This document shows, piece by piece, positions 1-12,918 of a stretch of DNA of 64,000 nt. Source of the DNA: Eledone cirrhosa. Its lineage: Eukaryota. Numbering within the stretch: position 1 is the first letter of the stretch; every line of letters begins with the position of its first letter. The stretch spans positions 43,028,001 to 43,092,000 of the forward strand of contig OZ024742.1 in NCBI GenBank assembly GCA_964016885.1. Reading direction: 5' to 3'. The notes beneath the pieces were generated by a model, which searched no databases, was not told where the DNA came from, and saw only the letters and a list, made by a program, of their open reading frames with translations. Made by a program: the position numbers and the translations under genes.

Positions 1-1660
1 TGGTGAAAATGTGTGCGCAAGTACATATATGAGGGCAAGTATATTTGTGTATATGTGACCACAAATACGTATGTAATACACAAGAAATTTTCACCAGTTG
101 CCCACACATGAAATCACACTTGCTTTCCAGCTCATATAAACTTAACTCATTTTCAGATACTTATCCTCCATAAACTCTTATTCTTCACTTTCCTTAAATT
201 ATCCTCTTTACAGACTTCTCTTTCTGATTTACTTTCATTTTTAACTTTATTTTTAATTTTATTTTTATTTTTATTTTTACTTCACATCCACCAGTAACCC
301 CACCCCCTACTTTCCGATTCACTAACTTAATATCTTCACATTCCCCATTTTACTCCCCCATTTTCTTTCACTACCTGATACCAAATGTCACTTGCGTTTT
401 CCACTCCAGATATATTCTGTTGTTTCGCAGCCGATTTTATATTTGTACTCATTTATTCATACGGCTGGTTTATAATCTGCATCTATGCGTGTGAGTGTGC
501 ATATGTGTGTATACGTTCTGTATATGTATACGAACGACTCCGTATGTGTGCGTGCGTACGTATATATATGTGTGTGTATGTGTGTTTTTATATCTATGTT
601 TTTTTATATCTATGTTTTTTACATACTTATTTATACGTGTGTGTGTATGCGGGTGAATGTATGTGTATGTGTATGTATATGTGTGTATATGTATACGTAT
701 ATATGGGTGTGTATGTATATATGTATATATATATATATAGTCGCGTACGTGCGTGTGATTAGATATACATGTGGCGATATATATATATATACGTGCCTCG
801 TGTGTATGTATGTACGCATGCATGCGCTTTTGTCTGTACGTATTTGTATGTATAAATATTTATATGGAGAAGAAGTTTATGAAACGGAAATGCGGGTATA
901 AAGAATTTATTAGGTAACAATTGTTTCTATAGTGTATGGGTTACCTATACCTCGCTATTTGAATAACTACTTAGTAACATTGGAATACAAATTTACTAAA
1001 TATTTATATATATATATGTGTGTGTACGTGCGTACCTATGTTTGTTTTTGTTTTTTTCTAGTGTTAATCGATTACTTTCTCTTTGATTTAATAAATTTTT
1101 TCATTCTCATATATTGTTTTCTTTTTATACATATATAGAGAATGACACTTCTTTTTACTATTACACTCCCTTCCCTCTTTATCTTCCGCATATAAGTGAC
1201 CGCGCGTGTGTGTGTGTTTATACGCGTGCTTTCATACTCGTATGTGTATTTAATACCTGTATCTGGATGCGTGTTAACTATATTATCTTACAATTTCTTT
1301 TTCAACTCATATTATATACGTATTTGTGGTCACATATGCACAAATATACTTGCCCTCATATATGTACTTACGCACACATTTTCACCATATACATGTATTT
1401 GTACATACGCACATATGTACATTTGTGAGTGTATATACATACATATACACATGCCCTAACTATATTTCCTTATTTTTTTATATATCTCTTGCATTACTTT
1501 TATTTATATATTTTTTGCCCGTTAAACTCTTGCCTTTCTTGAAGAGACTTTTTAAATATTTCACTATGTTTTAAATTGCCTTGTCCGATGAACGAATGAG
1601 GACGTTTTTCGTATTCGTCTTATTCGAGAAACCTCTGGTAATGAGGTAATTATATTGTAT
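1..1660 (+). mobile_element. PLE-type pseudo-LTR/3' region with inverted terminal segment and a hammerhead
   Basis: 1-78 is the reverse complement of ~1310-1387; an HHR lies at 1574-1651; the element ends in (TA)n. Confidence 0.55.
1574..1651 (+). ncRNA. Type I hammerhead ribozyme, CCGAUGA core variant
   Basis: Stem I AATTGCCTTGT/ATGAGGTAATT (11 bp with G-U); CCGATGA; stem II CGAATGAGGACG/CGTCTTATTCG; GAAACC-TCT-GGTA (GUA site). Confidence 0.75.
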
Positions 1661-1674
1661 TGTTTATTATACAT

Positions 1675-1767
<93 letters not shown>

Positions 1768-1844
1768 GTATATATATGGATATATATACATATATATATA
1801 TGTGTATATATATACATATATATATGTGTATATATATGTGTGTT

Positions 1845-1897
<53 letters not shown>

Positions 1898-2204
1898 ATG
1901 TGTGTGTGTGTGTGTGTATCTATATATATTTGACCGGGGAGGAGATTGTTTCTAAAAATATCTATCTTGGTATTTCTGTCTGTAAGTCTGTAATCCTTAA
2001 ATTGTTTTATTATCTTGGAAAAACTCAACGTTGGCTTTATAATGTTGCCAGAAAGAAGATTCAGGGTCACATCTAGGGTCAGGGTCACATCTAGGGTCAT
2101 TCCACCATTGAAACCAACCCTAGTTTGCTTTTGTAACCATTTTTGAAATTGGCTTTCACCACAACAGATTGCTACCACACCTATACCCTGTCCCTTGCTT
2201 CTTT

Positions 2205-2300
2205 GGCTGGTCCCTCCTCTTCACCCTAGATATTAAGTCTCTCTACACTGTCATCCCTACGTTGGACAGACTGGACGTCGCCTGGAGGATATTCGTCTCG
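2205..2300 (+). pseudogene. Penelope-like reverse transcriptase fragment
   Basis: [14 protein letters not shown] matches the PLE RT D..SLYT.IP motif; followed by a long C-rich low-complexity tract and an HHR-like core at 3610. Confidence 0.6.
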
Positions 2301-3748
2301 GCGGGAGTTCCACCATCGCCCGCCACTTTGGCACCCCTGGACATTCCGCCTACCACCTCACAGTCTGTGGCCTGATCCAATGCCATGGGACACCCGCCAC
2401 CCGCCTCACGGTCGAGCAACACACCATCTTCACCCTACAGATCCACACACCCCCCGACCTGAACTCGCTACCCCTCTTCCTTTAGCATTCGACCGCCCAC
2501 TCCCCCACCCCCCACCCCCTCCCACACACATCCCCCACTAACACACTCTCCAGTTTCACCGCCCCCTCCACTCCCAGCCCTCCCCACCCCCTTGGCCTAT
2601 TCACACCCCCTACCACTAACCCCCACCCACACATCCACATCTGACCACCCCTCCACTAATATTACTAATACCCCCCGCCCCCAACCCACCTTCCCCCTCA
2701 CCACACACACACTACCACCACTAACCCCACTCACAACCGCATTCAGCCCCTTCCCCACCACCAATAATACTAACACCCTCTCTACCACACCACTACACTC
2801 CCTCCTACCGTCCTTAACTCCTTTTCTCTGTCTCTCCACGCCCCCCCCCCACACACATCCCACTAACACCTCCACTAATATACACACCATCTTCCCACAC
2901 CACCACCTTCTCCCTCCACCTTTCCCACCTACCCATCTCCCTCCCCAGTCCACACCACACACATACCTCTTCTATACCTGTCATCCTCCTCTACTGCCTA
3001 CTGCTATCTCTTCACTCTGCCTTCACCCTCTGACCACTTCCTGTTGCGCGCGCACCCCACATCTCTCCACTTCCTCACTACTATACCAGGATTTTACCCC
3101 TCCGGTCATCGCCCCAGCCCTCTATCCTACCACACGCGGAATCTCCAACATCTGGTCTCACACTCCGTGGAAATACCCTAGGAACATACACACCAACAAA
3201 CACATTATTTTCGAACCACGCCACCATACAACCACACCGCATATAAACACACACACACACACATGCGTATCCTCACATACACACACTCAGCCTCCGGACT
3301 CCACACGCCCCCTCTCCCCCACCTCCTATGACCCCTCTCCATCCACACACACACACACACACCACCTTCAGCCCTCCCCGCTCCGACCCCCCGTCTCCCT
3401 CTCCACCCACCACCACCCCTACACGCCACACACCTCTTCACCACTTGTTTCTTTTATTTTCAATTTTTTTTTACTCTCTAAAAAAAAATTTTTTTTAATT
3501 TAAAAAAGATTTTTTCCCTCCCTTTTCTCCCCCTCCCCCTTTTTAAAAATCATTTTTTAATGTCTTCCCACCACTCCACACACCCGCTCTCTTCCTGCCC
3601 ACTTTTCTCCTGATGAAGGGCTTATGCCTGAAACGTCGTCGCCCTCCCCACTCTCAAGCGTAAAACCAATAATAACATTTGTACTGCCTCATCGCTTCCA
3701 CGTTTTGTTTTTTTTGTTTTGTTTTTTTGTTTTCTGCTTACTTTAAAA

Positions 3749-3828
<80 letters not shown>

Positions 3829-3838
3829 AAGTGAGTCC

Positions 3839-3904
3839 TTCATCAGTGACCCTCCAACCGTCCTCGGCATTTCATCGCTTTAAGGGCCATATGCCTCAGG
3901 TTGG
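3839..3904 (-). ncRNA. Candidate non-circularly permuted hammerhead ribozyme (subfamily 1)
   Basis: Minus strand: CCAACC TGA GGCAT A|TGGCCCTT AAAGCGA T GAA ATGCC GAGGAC GGTTG GAGGGTCA CTGATGA A. Confidence 0.65.
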
Positions 3905-4561
3905 TGCGAACAACGGCTAAAAAAAGTCGTTGGGACACGTAAATAAAGGGGGACGCTAGAGTAACAACAAAAAGGGTTTAAGCAACGGAAAGTGAGTAGA
4001 AATAGACAAGTCCCAGATCTCTATGAATATAAACTCTGTGAAATCGTGAACAAGAGACGAAAGACCATCGAACCTGGTAGAAATGTGAGCAAGGAAAGAA
4101 TTTCGCCCAAGTTTGACGGGGGGAAAAGAGAGAGAGAGAGAGAGACAGAGAAAGGAGAGAAGAGGAAGAAGAAGAAGAAGAAGAAGAAGAAGAAGAAGAA
4201 GAAGAAGAAGAAGATAAGGTGGTCTGGTCTGCGAATTCGGTAAACGCAAGTTTTGTGAAGTCACAGACGAAAGAGAGAGAGAAAAAAATTCCATACCAGC
4301 TCGGTCAAGACTGCGCGAGAAAAGAATGACACACAGGTCAAACTTGAAGGAGGAGGAGGAAAGAGGAGGAGGAGAGGTAGTGACAGAGAATGAGTGAGTG
4401 AAAGTTGAGGAGGAGGCTAACAGAGAGAGAGAGACTGCTAGAAGGGGTAAAGATACAAGGAACGAAACAGACAGGCAGCATGGAAAAGTAATATGTGTAA
4501 ATATGATGATAATAATGGAGCTGCGGCGTTGCAAATGGGATACATATGAAAAAGTGAGTCC

Positions 4562-4627
4562 TTCATCAGTGACCCTCCAACCGTCCTCGGCATTTCATCG
4601 CTTTAAGGGCCATATGCCTCAGGTTGG
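4562..4627 (-). ncRNA. Candidate non-circularly permuted hammerhead (second copy)
   Basis: Identical to 3839-3904. Confidence 0.65.
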
Positions 4628-4708
4628 TGCGAACAACGGCTAAAAAAAGTCGTTGGGACACGTAAATAAAGGGGGACGCTAGAGTAACAACATATATATA
4701 TTTTATTT

Positions 4709-4747
<39 letters not shown>

Positions 4748-4881
4748 GCAGAGGTTATATTTAATTTGTTTGGATTCAACAAGCTTAAACATTTTTATAA
4801 CTGATATAAAGCACTCAACAAGTTAGTGGAGTAAATACACAATATATTAATAAATGGAAACTATATTTATAAAAGCATATT

Positions 4882-4947
4882 TATTTTATTATACATATTT
4901 CAAGGGCAACCAAGGGAAATTTTGGTGCGCTTTCATCAGATAAAATA
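4882..4947 (-). ncRNA. Minimal type I hammerhead (family A)
   Basis: TATTTTAT CTGATGA stem II GAAA TATGTA TA ATAAAATA. Confidence 0.8.
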
Positions 4948-5092
4948 CAAATTTGTTTTATAAATAAATATTGACATACCCGGAAAAAAGACAACCTTAA
5001 CGGTTGGAGCTTCCTGGATAGTCAGGAAGCTCCAACCGTTAAGGTTGTCTTTTTTTCCTGGCATGTCAATATTTATTTATAAAACAAATCTG

Positions 5093-5158
5093 TATTTTAT
5101 CTGATGAAAACGCACCATAATTTGCCTTGGTTGCCCTTGAAATATGTATAATAAAATA
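5093..5158 (+). ncRNA. Minimal type I hammerhead (family A)
   Basis: TATTTTAT CTGATGA AAACGCACCA...TGGTTGCCCTT GAAA TATGTA TA ATAAAATA. Confidence 0.8.
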
Positions 5159-5281
5159 AATATGCTTTTATAAATATAGTTTCCATTTATTAATATATTA
5201 TATAACGAAGGAAATGTGGTAAGGAACCAGGTGGACCATAACGCACCAAAGTACTCAATACTTAGGGTAGTAGAGTGGGTA

Positions 5282-5960
<679 letters not shown>

Positions 5961-6107
5961 TGTCTTCAAATATGTCTTCAAATATGAGGGAGAAAATTAA
6001 CGGTGTTCACTCACAGAGGTTAGTCCCTCATATGAGGGAGTAAACGACTGGTGCGGAGAGGAAGCGGCGGGACTTTCCCCGGTATTTGTTTATTTTTCGT
6101 TCCTCTA

Positions 6108-6310
6108 CGAACGAGGCGGGCTGCGGTACCGGGATTTGTGGCTGAAACGACTAAGCTGGAGGTGGAGAACGTGTCGCAACATGTGGTGTCCCAGATGAGG
6201 GATCCACCTCCTTCGAATGGGAAGAGGCCGAATCCATTGGGACGCTTTACGTCTCTGCAGTCAAGGTCTGCTGACTCCAGTTGTGATGGAAAGCCAGCTG
6301 CGTCGTGTGA
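6108..6310 (-). pseudogene. Diverged CRE-type non-LTR restriction-like endonuclease fragment
   Basis: Minus translation DAAGFPSQLESADLDCRDVKRPNG..FPFEGG..LIWDTTCCDTF..SATNPGTAAR aligns to the ORF at 54319-55779. Confidence 0.75.
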
Positions 6311-6802
6311 GCGGCTATTCTTTCATCACGAAGCTCTAGTCTCATAGTGTGGCGTCAACTCTCTGGCTCCGATGTCTGCAAATAAGCTGGCTACGTTTTT
6401 TCCGACCATATAAATGACGAAAGGCGTATGCCTACTAGTACAGCTACATACACACAAACATTCATAAATCTTCGATAAATACGATCTACCTCTGCTTAAT
6501 AATTCTTCCATCTTATCCATCTCCACATAACTAATGAAAATATACACACGGATGTCCACATATACACACACTTAAACAGCTACACATCCACACACATAAC
6601 CCCCCCCCCCCCACAATAATTATATTTTTCTCCCCAAACTACTAAAACACACATCTATCTGTATATGCTCTACAATTTGTGTACATGTTATGTTTATCGC
6701 ATATACATTTTTTTTTTTTTTATATCTTGGTTGATATTTGATAATAACAGTGTAATATATTATGTTAACCTTCATAGTAAATTTGTCAATTGCTAGTATG
6801 TG

Positions 6803-7055
6803 TGTGATGACGTGGTTAGTCAGTCTAGTCACTACTTCTGATCAGATCCGAGAATAGTCCTTAGAAGGACTGTTATCGCATACAGTCTGATCAGATCTGA
6901 AGATAGCCCTTAAAAGGACTGTTGTCGCATATAGCCCTTAAAAGAACTGTTGAGGATGGTAGGTTCTAAGGGTTCTTTTGTTTCACGTTGAAGTAGCTAG
7001 CTAACAGGTAGATGGCACTGTATATTTCACAGATGTTATTTCCGGTGGCTGTACA
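6803..7055 (-). repeat. 3' LTR (lacks ~260 bp present in the 5' LTR)
   Basis: Matches both ends of 10236-10747; preceded on the minus strand by the PPT GGCAGGGGGCTAA (7056-7068). Confidence 0.9.
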
Positions 7056-7991
7056 TTAGCCCCCTGCCAGTTCTTTTGTACAACAAAAGAGCGAAATATC
7101 GTATAGTAATGGGCCAGTGGTGCATTTGTCATGACAATAGCCCCAGGAGTGTCCAGCACGTTGTGAAATTTTGTGATCATCGAGTACAGGACAGAGTCGA
7201 TGTAGAGATGATATGGCAAGATGTGTGTGTCAGGAAGAGAAAAAAGAAATAAACTATAAAATGACTTTGACCAGATTTATGCAGGCATGATGAATGAGCC
7301 TGTTGCAATTTCGGTTGAGCTGCCTGTGAATTGCGTGACAAAAAGTCTAACTGGGCAGTGAAGATAACCGTAATGTGTGAACTGAATGGCCGTAAGCATG
7401 CTGCCTAAAAGTAACAGTTTGCTCCACAGCATATGACTTGAGCGAATGGATGTGGTAAAAAAAAAATAGCGAGGCATTCTCGAACTATTGAGTGAATGTG
7501 TGCGTGAAAAAAGAAGGCCAGTGTTTTGAGGATGCGATTTGTGAAATGCGTGATCAAAGAGAAAACATTTTGTAGTGTAAGAGTTAGAGGGACACAAATA
7601 TCTATTGCTCAGTGTATGAACCAAAAGGTGAAACAAACATGGTTTTGTAGTGTGCATGAAAAACAGGATATGTACACGCCTTGTATGTATATAAAAATTA
7701 TGGCAATTACACAATCAATGTTACAGAACAAGAAAAATATAAATTTTTGCAAAACAAGAGAGTGAAGAAAAAAAAATGTTATACACAATGATATACACAA
7801 TGTTTGTTCTTAAATAGAGTTTGTAATAAATAATGTTCATAATAAATAATGTTCTTCGTGACATGAGCACATGGTCACTAAAAATTGCAATTGTTCAAGC
7901 AGAAAGTTCATTGTATTTGAAACTGGAAATAGTAAACACAAGAAAAATGGAAATGTTTTGCACGAAGAATGATTAAGAAACTCACTTGAGG

Positions 7992-9989
7992 TTAACGGTA
8001 ATTCACATATTGTGCCAACTTTGCGGGCCAATGAACGCGCCGTCCGCTTCTTGTGACTGGAGATGAAACAGGTGGCTCGCTGGGACAGCAATCTGTTGGA
8101 GTTTCTGGTGTAGAGACTGTAACAGTATCCATGATGGCTTTTTTTAATCTGTCCACGCTGACAGAATTCTGTTTACCATCTAGATCGAGAATAAAATATT
8201 TCGGATATTTTTTTAGAACACGATAAGGGCCAGAATATGGAGGTCGAAGATGAGCTGAGATGGTGTCGTTTCGAAAGAAAACGTGTGTCCAATCTTTAAT
8301 GTCTGAAGGTACGTGTGTGGCCGTGTTCTGTTGACGGGTGCTTGCAGGAGCAAGGTGAGACATATATTGTCGAAGACGGTGTACGTATGATCCTGGGTCT
8401 GGAACATCCCGAGGAGAGATGGGAGCAACCATCTGACCAGGTAGAACCAGGGTGGTGCCGTACACTAATTCTGCAGGTGTGTGTCCGAATTCCTCTTTAA
8501 CGGTGGATCGAATGCCCAGAAGGATGAGTGGTAGGTATTCAAACCAGTGGGTCTTGTCTGGATATGCTTTTATTACAGTTTTCAATTGACGATGGAATCT
8601 TTCCACGAGACCATTAGCTTGCGAGTGATAAGCTGTCGTGCGGATGTGTTTACATCCTAACAGGCGAGTCAGTTCCCTGAAGAGGTGGGAGTCAAATTGG
8701 CGTCCTCTGTCCGTTGTTATCTTCGCTGGGGCGCCATAACGTGATACCCAGTGTAAAACCAAAGTTTTAGCGACTGTTTCCGCTGAGGTATCATTTATGG
8801 GAAAAGCCTCAGGCCAACGAGAAAATCGATCGATGCAGATGAGCAAGTGTGTGTAGTTCTGTGATGGTGGTAGAGGTCCGACGATGTCGATATGCACATG
8901 ATGAAAACGTGCATCAGGTTGCGCGAATGTACCGAGTGGAGTTTTGATGTGTCTGTGGACTTTGGCTTTCTGGCAGGCAATGCAGCTCCTGGACCATTCA
9001 CGCACGTCCTTGTTAATGTTAGTCCACACAAAACGAGCAGAGATGAGTTTCTGTGGGTGAGATAAGCAGTGTAAAGCAGAAAAAACTTGACGACGATGCA
9101 TCTGTGGTACGTACGGTCGTTCATGACCGGTAGAAAGGTCGCACCAAATTTGTCCCGGAGAAGAAGGAATGGGAACTTGCTGAAACTTGAGGGATGGCGA
9201 ATCTCGGAGTTTGATAAACTCTTCGTCAGTCTCTTGGTCAGCTGCGATCTGTTGAAGGTCGATGCCTGAATGCACATGTATTGCGTTCAGCTGGATTCGG
9301 GACAGGGCGTCGGCTGCTACGTTGTCTGATCCCTTGATATGCCGAATATCAGTTGAATATTGGGAGACAAAATCCAGGTGTCGGAGTTCTCTCGGTGAAT
9401 GTCGATCAGGTTTGGTACGCAACGCATAAATTAATGGTTTATGGTCTGTGTAGATCACGAAATCGGATCCTTCGAGCATGTGCCGAAAATGCTTAACCGA
9501 AAGATAGGTTGCCAAGAGTTCGCGGCCAAAGGTACTGTATTTCGTTTCTGCAGGTTGCAACCGCTTAGAAAAGAAGGATAAGGGTTGCCACATGCCGTCG
9601 ACATGTTGTTGTAGAACGCCTCCAACCCCCGTGTCTGATGCGTCCACTAGCAGCGAAAGAGGAGCGCCAGACCTGGGGAAAACGAGCATGGAAGCGTTTG
9701 CCAACATTTCCTTCAGGCGGTTAAAAGATGTTAATTCTTCCTCGTTTAGAGTGATCTCTTCGTTTTTGCGAGTCCGGTTACGAAGAAGGTCCGTGAGGAG
9801 TCTGGCTGCGTCGGAACAATGAGGGATAAACCGCCTATAAAAACCGTTAATAAAAAATAGACGACTTTTCTTTTCAGTACCAGGAGTGAACATCGTCGCC
9901 AGGCCCTGGGTGGTATTCTGGAAAGAGCACGGGGCTTTGCACTTAGATGCCGAAATTTGTGTGATACCAGCAGAGGTTGCCAGGCACAC
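7992..9989 (-). CDS. Gypsy pol remnant: gag end fused to RT C-terminus, RNase H, integrase
   Basis: [42 protein letters not shown] zinc finger, [22 protein letters not shown]; protease and RT core absent. Confidence 0.9.
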   Translation of the reverse strand: MCLATSAGITQISASKCKAPCSFQNTTQGLATMFTPGTEKKSRLFFINGFYRRFIPHCSDAARLLTDLLRNRTRKNEEITLNEEELTSFNRLKEMLANASMLVFPRSGAPLSLLVDASDTGVGGVLQQHVDGMWQPLSFFSKRLQPAETKYSTFGRELLATYLSVKHFRHMLEGSDFVIYTDHKPLIYALRTKPDRHSPRELRHLDFVSQYSTDIRHIKGSDNVAADALSRIQLNAIHVHSGIDLQQIAADQETDEEFIKLRDSPSLKFQQVPIPSSPGQIWCDLSTGHERPYVPQMHRRQVFSALHCLSHPQKLISARFVWTNINKDVREWSRSCIACQKAKVHRHIKTPLGTFAQPDARFHHVHIDIVGPLPPSQNYTHLLICIDRFSRWPEAFPINDTSAETVAKTLVLHWVSRYGAPAKITTDRGRQFDSHLFRELTRLLGCKHIRTTAYHSQANGLVERFHRQLKTVIKAYPDKTHWFEYLPLILLGIRSTVKEEFGHTPAELVYGTTLVLPGQMVAPISPRDVPDPGSYVHRLRQYMSHLAPASTRQQNTATHVPSDIKDWTHVFFRNDTISAHLRPPYSGPYRVLKKYPKYFILDLDGKQNSVSVDRLKKAIMDTVTVSTPETPTDCCPSEPPVSSPVTRSGRRVHWPAKLAQYVNYR

Positions 9990-10176
9990 GATTTTAACTG
10001 GGACTACTGGATCTTCGACTGTGAAAAGGCCTGGGTCGACTGTTGCTGCGTCGCCGGTGTGTTTGAAAGGTCAGGTTCTCTACTTGATTCGAGAGGGCTT
10101 TAATTTGACCAGCCCGCTCTCTGATCATAGCCCGCAGCTCTGAAATCTCAGCCTCTGTCGTTTGTGACATGTCCAT
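9925..10176 (-). pseudogene. gag C-terminal remnant
   Basis: Coiled-coil plus RRRSNSRPR, then after a frameshift [15 protein letters not shown] (Gypsy gag knuckle-like motif). Confidence 0.7.
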
Positions 10177-10215
10177 GTTGATATTTTCTTAGGTGCTGTC
10201 TGGTTGCGCGTTCGA

Positions 10216-10233
10216 CTCACGTTCGGGTCACCA
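10216..10233 (-). promoter_or_regulatory. Primer-binding site (tRNA-Trp-like)
   Basis: TGGTGACCCGAACGTGAG 2 nt after the 5' LTR; resembles the complement of the tRNA-Trp 3' end (TGGTGACCCCGACGTGA). Confidence 0.75.
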
Positions 10234-10235
10234 AT

Positions 10236-10747
10236 TGTGGCGACGTGGTTAGTCATCTAGTCACTACTTCTGATCAGATCCGAGAATAGTCCTTAGAAGG
10301 ACTGTTATCGCATACGGTCTGACCAGATCTTAAGATAGCCCTTAAAAGGACTGTTGTCGCATATAGCCCTTAAAAGAATTGTTGAGGATGGACAGACGAA
10401 AGCACAAGTTGAAAGGACGAAGCAAGGCGAGATGTAAATTCGATCAGCTATTTATTTCCACATGAAGCGACGATACGAGGTACAAGGCGTGTGAGTGACA
10501 AAGCGTGGCAGGGAAGAGGAACAACGATGCGCTAGCTGACTCTGCCATAAGTCGACTGGCGAAGTGTTGGGAACCACTCTATTTATACAGGAACAATCGT
10601 TTGTTGTTTAGTCGATGTGTAGGCGTTTATTCTGGTAGGTTCTTATTCTGGTAGGTTCTAAGGGTTCTTTTGTTTCACGTTGAAGTAGCTAGCTAACAGG
10701 TAGATGGCGCTGTATATTTCACAGATGTTATTTCCGGTGGCTGTACA
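10236..10747 (-). repeat. 5' LTR
   Basis: TG...CA ends; TATAAATA on the minus strand at ~10581-10588. Confidence 0.9.
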
Positions 10748-10794
10748 TGTGTATTCAGAGAGAGATTTTATAGGTCGTTTTGCTATAATCACTT

Positions 10795-10872
10795 TATCTA
10801 TACATATATATAAAACTGTAGTTGTCTGTGTGCGTGTCCTCATTTTTGCAAATTCTATACAAATCCACATTT
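10795..10872 (-). mobile_element. Helentron/HINE-like 3' end fragment
   Basis: Reverse complement of the end of 19960-20253. Confidence 0.55.
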
Positions 10873-12036
10873 GTGGATATCTTTTGCCTCCCTTTGTTTT
10901 TGTCTTTGTTTTTATTATGGGATTTCTCTAATTATTTGTTGTTCTTTCTTCAAGGGAGATTCTGTAAATCTACACGTATGAAGATGGCGGAGAGGCTCAG
11001 CACTATTGAAGTCAGATCTCGTTTGGAATGTACCATACTTTGCCATAGACAACATTTCTGCAGCATTTTCAGCGTCAAACCTTCGAAGTACGGAAAACTT
11101 CAGTGTTTCCTGTACGAGATACCCAGGTCACGCAACATGCATTATACAGACGAAAAACAACTGGTATATTACGAATGTTGAACAATATATGCAAATAGAA
11201 AATATCCAAAAGGAACTAAAGAACAACGCCGGATTTTTTTTTTAATCTCTCGCTGTAACAGGTCGTTATCGAAAGAGGATAGTAAGAGTATGTGAGAGAG
11301 AGAGATAGTCGTTTAGGGGTGATGATAGCGGTAACGCCGAAAATGGTTATTTCTAATCAAAGTGTAGAATTTCTATTGGGTCAGCTAGTATATATTTCTG
11401 AAGAGGTAGTGGAAAATAGTTTGTGGCAAATGTATTCTTTTATTCTTTTTATTCTTTTACTTGTTTCATTCAGAAGACAGTTGCCATTATGGGGGCATGG
11501 AATTTGGAAAACGTCACTACTTTGATAATTTTTATTAAGAAAGAACTTACATCGAAGTTATGATAACACAAGAAAACAACTAAGAATCAAACTGAAATTG
11601 GGTATTATATTTGTGTGATTGGTTTGGCATGGATGTTGTAGTAGTCTGAAATGTTGCATGGAACAAATCTTTCTTGGAATCGAATGGCAGTATGGTTGTC
11701 TCGGCTCGCTGGCCAAAAGGACCGAGGCACAACGTGTCGGAGTGAGTCAGTTGGCAACTACATCGTCCTTATCTCTGTTGTAAACTGAAGCAGACTGAAA
11801 CCTGGGCAGCCGAGAGCATAGAATTTATGAAAATTATGTTGTTGATAATAAGCGGATGGACCCAGAAAACTGTATTATTCCTGACAATTTGGCGACATGA
11901 TTCCTCCAAATCAGGCAAGCAAAATACGCCGAATACTGTACAAAAGGAAACCGCTTATCAATGAGGTCAGTGTCTGCTGTATGATTAATTTCGCCAACCA
12001 GGGAACAATAGTTCAAATCTCACCGGATAGATTTCG

Positions 12037-12101
<65 letters not shown>

Positions 12102-12180
12102 TACATACATACATACATACATACATACATACATACACACATATATATATATATATATACACATACATACATACATACAT

Positions 12181-12273
<93 letters not shown>

Positions 12274-12424
12274 ACACGGGTGTGTATGATTGTGTATAGA
12301 AGATTATATTAATAAAGGCAATTCCAACTTTGTCTGATTTACTCGATTTATTTACAATCCTTTAAAATTTATAATGGTATTAGAATGAAATAGTATGGTA
12401 GAATATTAAATGTTAAGTGTTAAT

Positions 12425-12463
12425 TGAACAAGTACTTTCATGCTTTCGCAATCTTCAGGTTCA
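12425..12463 (-). ncRNA. Minimal type I hammerhead
   Basis: Reverse complement of 12728-12766. Confidence 0.75.
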
Positions 12464-12464
12464 T

Positions 12465-12644
12465 AATTGTTTCTACGTTAGGCACAAGGCCAGCAATTAA
12501 CCGGTGTATTACTGGTACTTTATTTTATCGACCCCGTAAGGATGAAAGGCAAAGTTAACATCGGCGGGATTTGAACATAGAGTGACAAGGGCCGTAACTC
12601 TATGCGTCAAAGCATGGCGTCCGACCCTCTACCGATACTGTCAA
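12465..12644 (-). mobile_element. tRNA-derived SINE (Nin-like central domain)
   Basis: GCCTTTCATCCTTACGGGGTCGATAAAATAAAGTACCAG core; TSD TTCAGGTTCATAAT. Confidence 0.85.
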
Positions 12645-12727
12645 TTCAGGTTCATAATGTGTGGTGACAGTCAAGTTTGCAATTTTCAACTGTTGAAAAT
12701 TGCGAACTTGACTGTCACCACACATTA

Positions 12728-12766
12728 TGAACCTGAAGATTGCGAAAGCATGAAAGTACTTGTTCA
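12728..12766 (+). ncRNA. Minimal type I hammerhead
   Basis: TGAAC CTGAAGA T TGC GAAA GCA T GAAA GTAC TT GTTCA; palindromic stem III AGTACT. Confidence 0.75.
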
Positions 12767-12918
12767 ATTAACACTTAACATTTAATATTCTACCATACTA
12801 TTTCATTCTAATACCATTATAAATTTTAAAGGATTGTAAATAAATCGAGTAAATCAGACAAAGTTGGAATTGCCTTTATTAATATAATCTTCTATACACA
12901 ATCATACACACCTGTGTA

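Larger units (their letters stand above)
3820..4691 (-). mobile_element. Non-coding repeat unit with ~148-bp direct repeats (723-bp period) carrying a permuted-hammerhead candidate
   Basis: 3822-3968 is repeated at 4545-4691; homologous to 34958-35700; flanked by (TA)n. Confidence 0.7.
4745..5200. mobile_element. Inverted pLTR pair, family A
   Basis: Fold-back ~4845-5197 centred near 5021; same family at 13870-14140, 23460-23750 and 32760-33235. Confidence 0.75.
6803..10747 (-). mobile_element. Internally deleted Ty3/Gypsy LTR retrotransposon
   Basis: TG...CA LTRs at 6803-7055 and 10236-10747; 4-bp TSD TGTG (6799-6802 and 10748-10751); PBS and PPT present. Confidence 0.92.

Noticed and set aside
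385-2178. Many [12 protein letters not shown] ORFs here and throughout the window
   Set aside because: Translations of (TA)n, (TG)n and (GA)n microsatellites
2592-3503. 303-aa Pro/Thr/His-rich ORF
   Set aside because: C/A-rich low-complexity tract that lacks stops by composition; no domain motif
3604-3645. CTGATGA AGGGC TTAT GCCT GAAACGTC hammerhead core
   Set aside because: Core and stem II are present but stem I does not pair; probably a decayed HHR, so not called
11400-11530. Minus-strand VFQIPC..C..ETSKRIKRIKE, GIY-YIG-like
   Set aside because: Too short and degenerate to support
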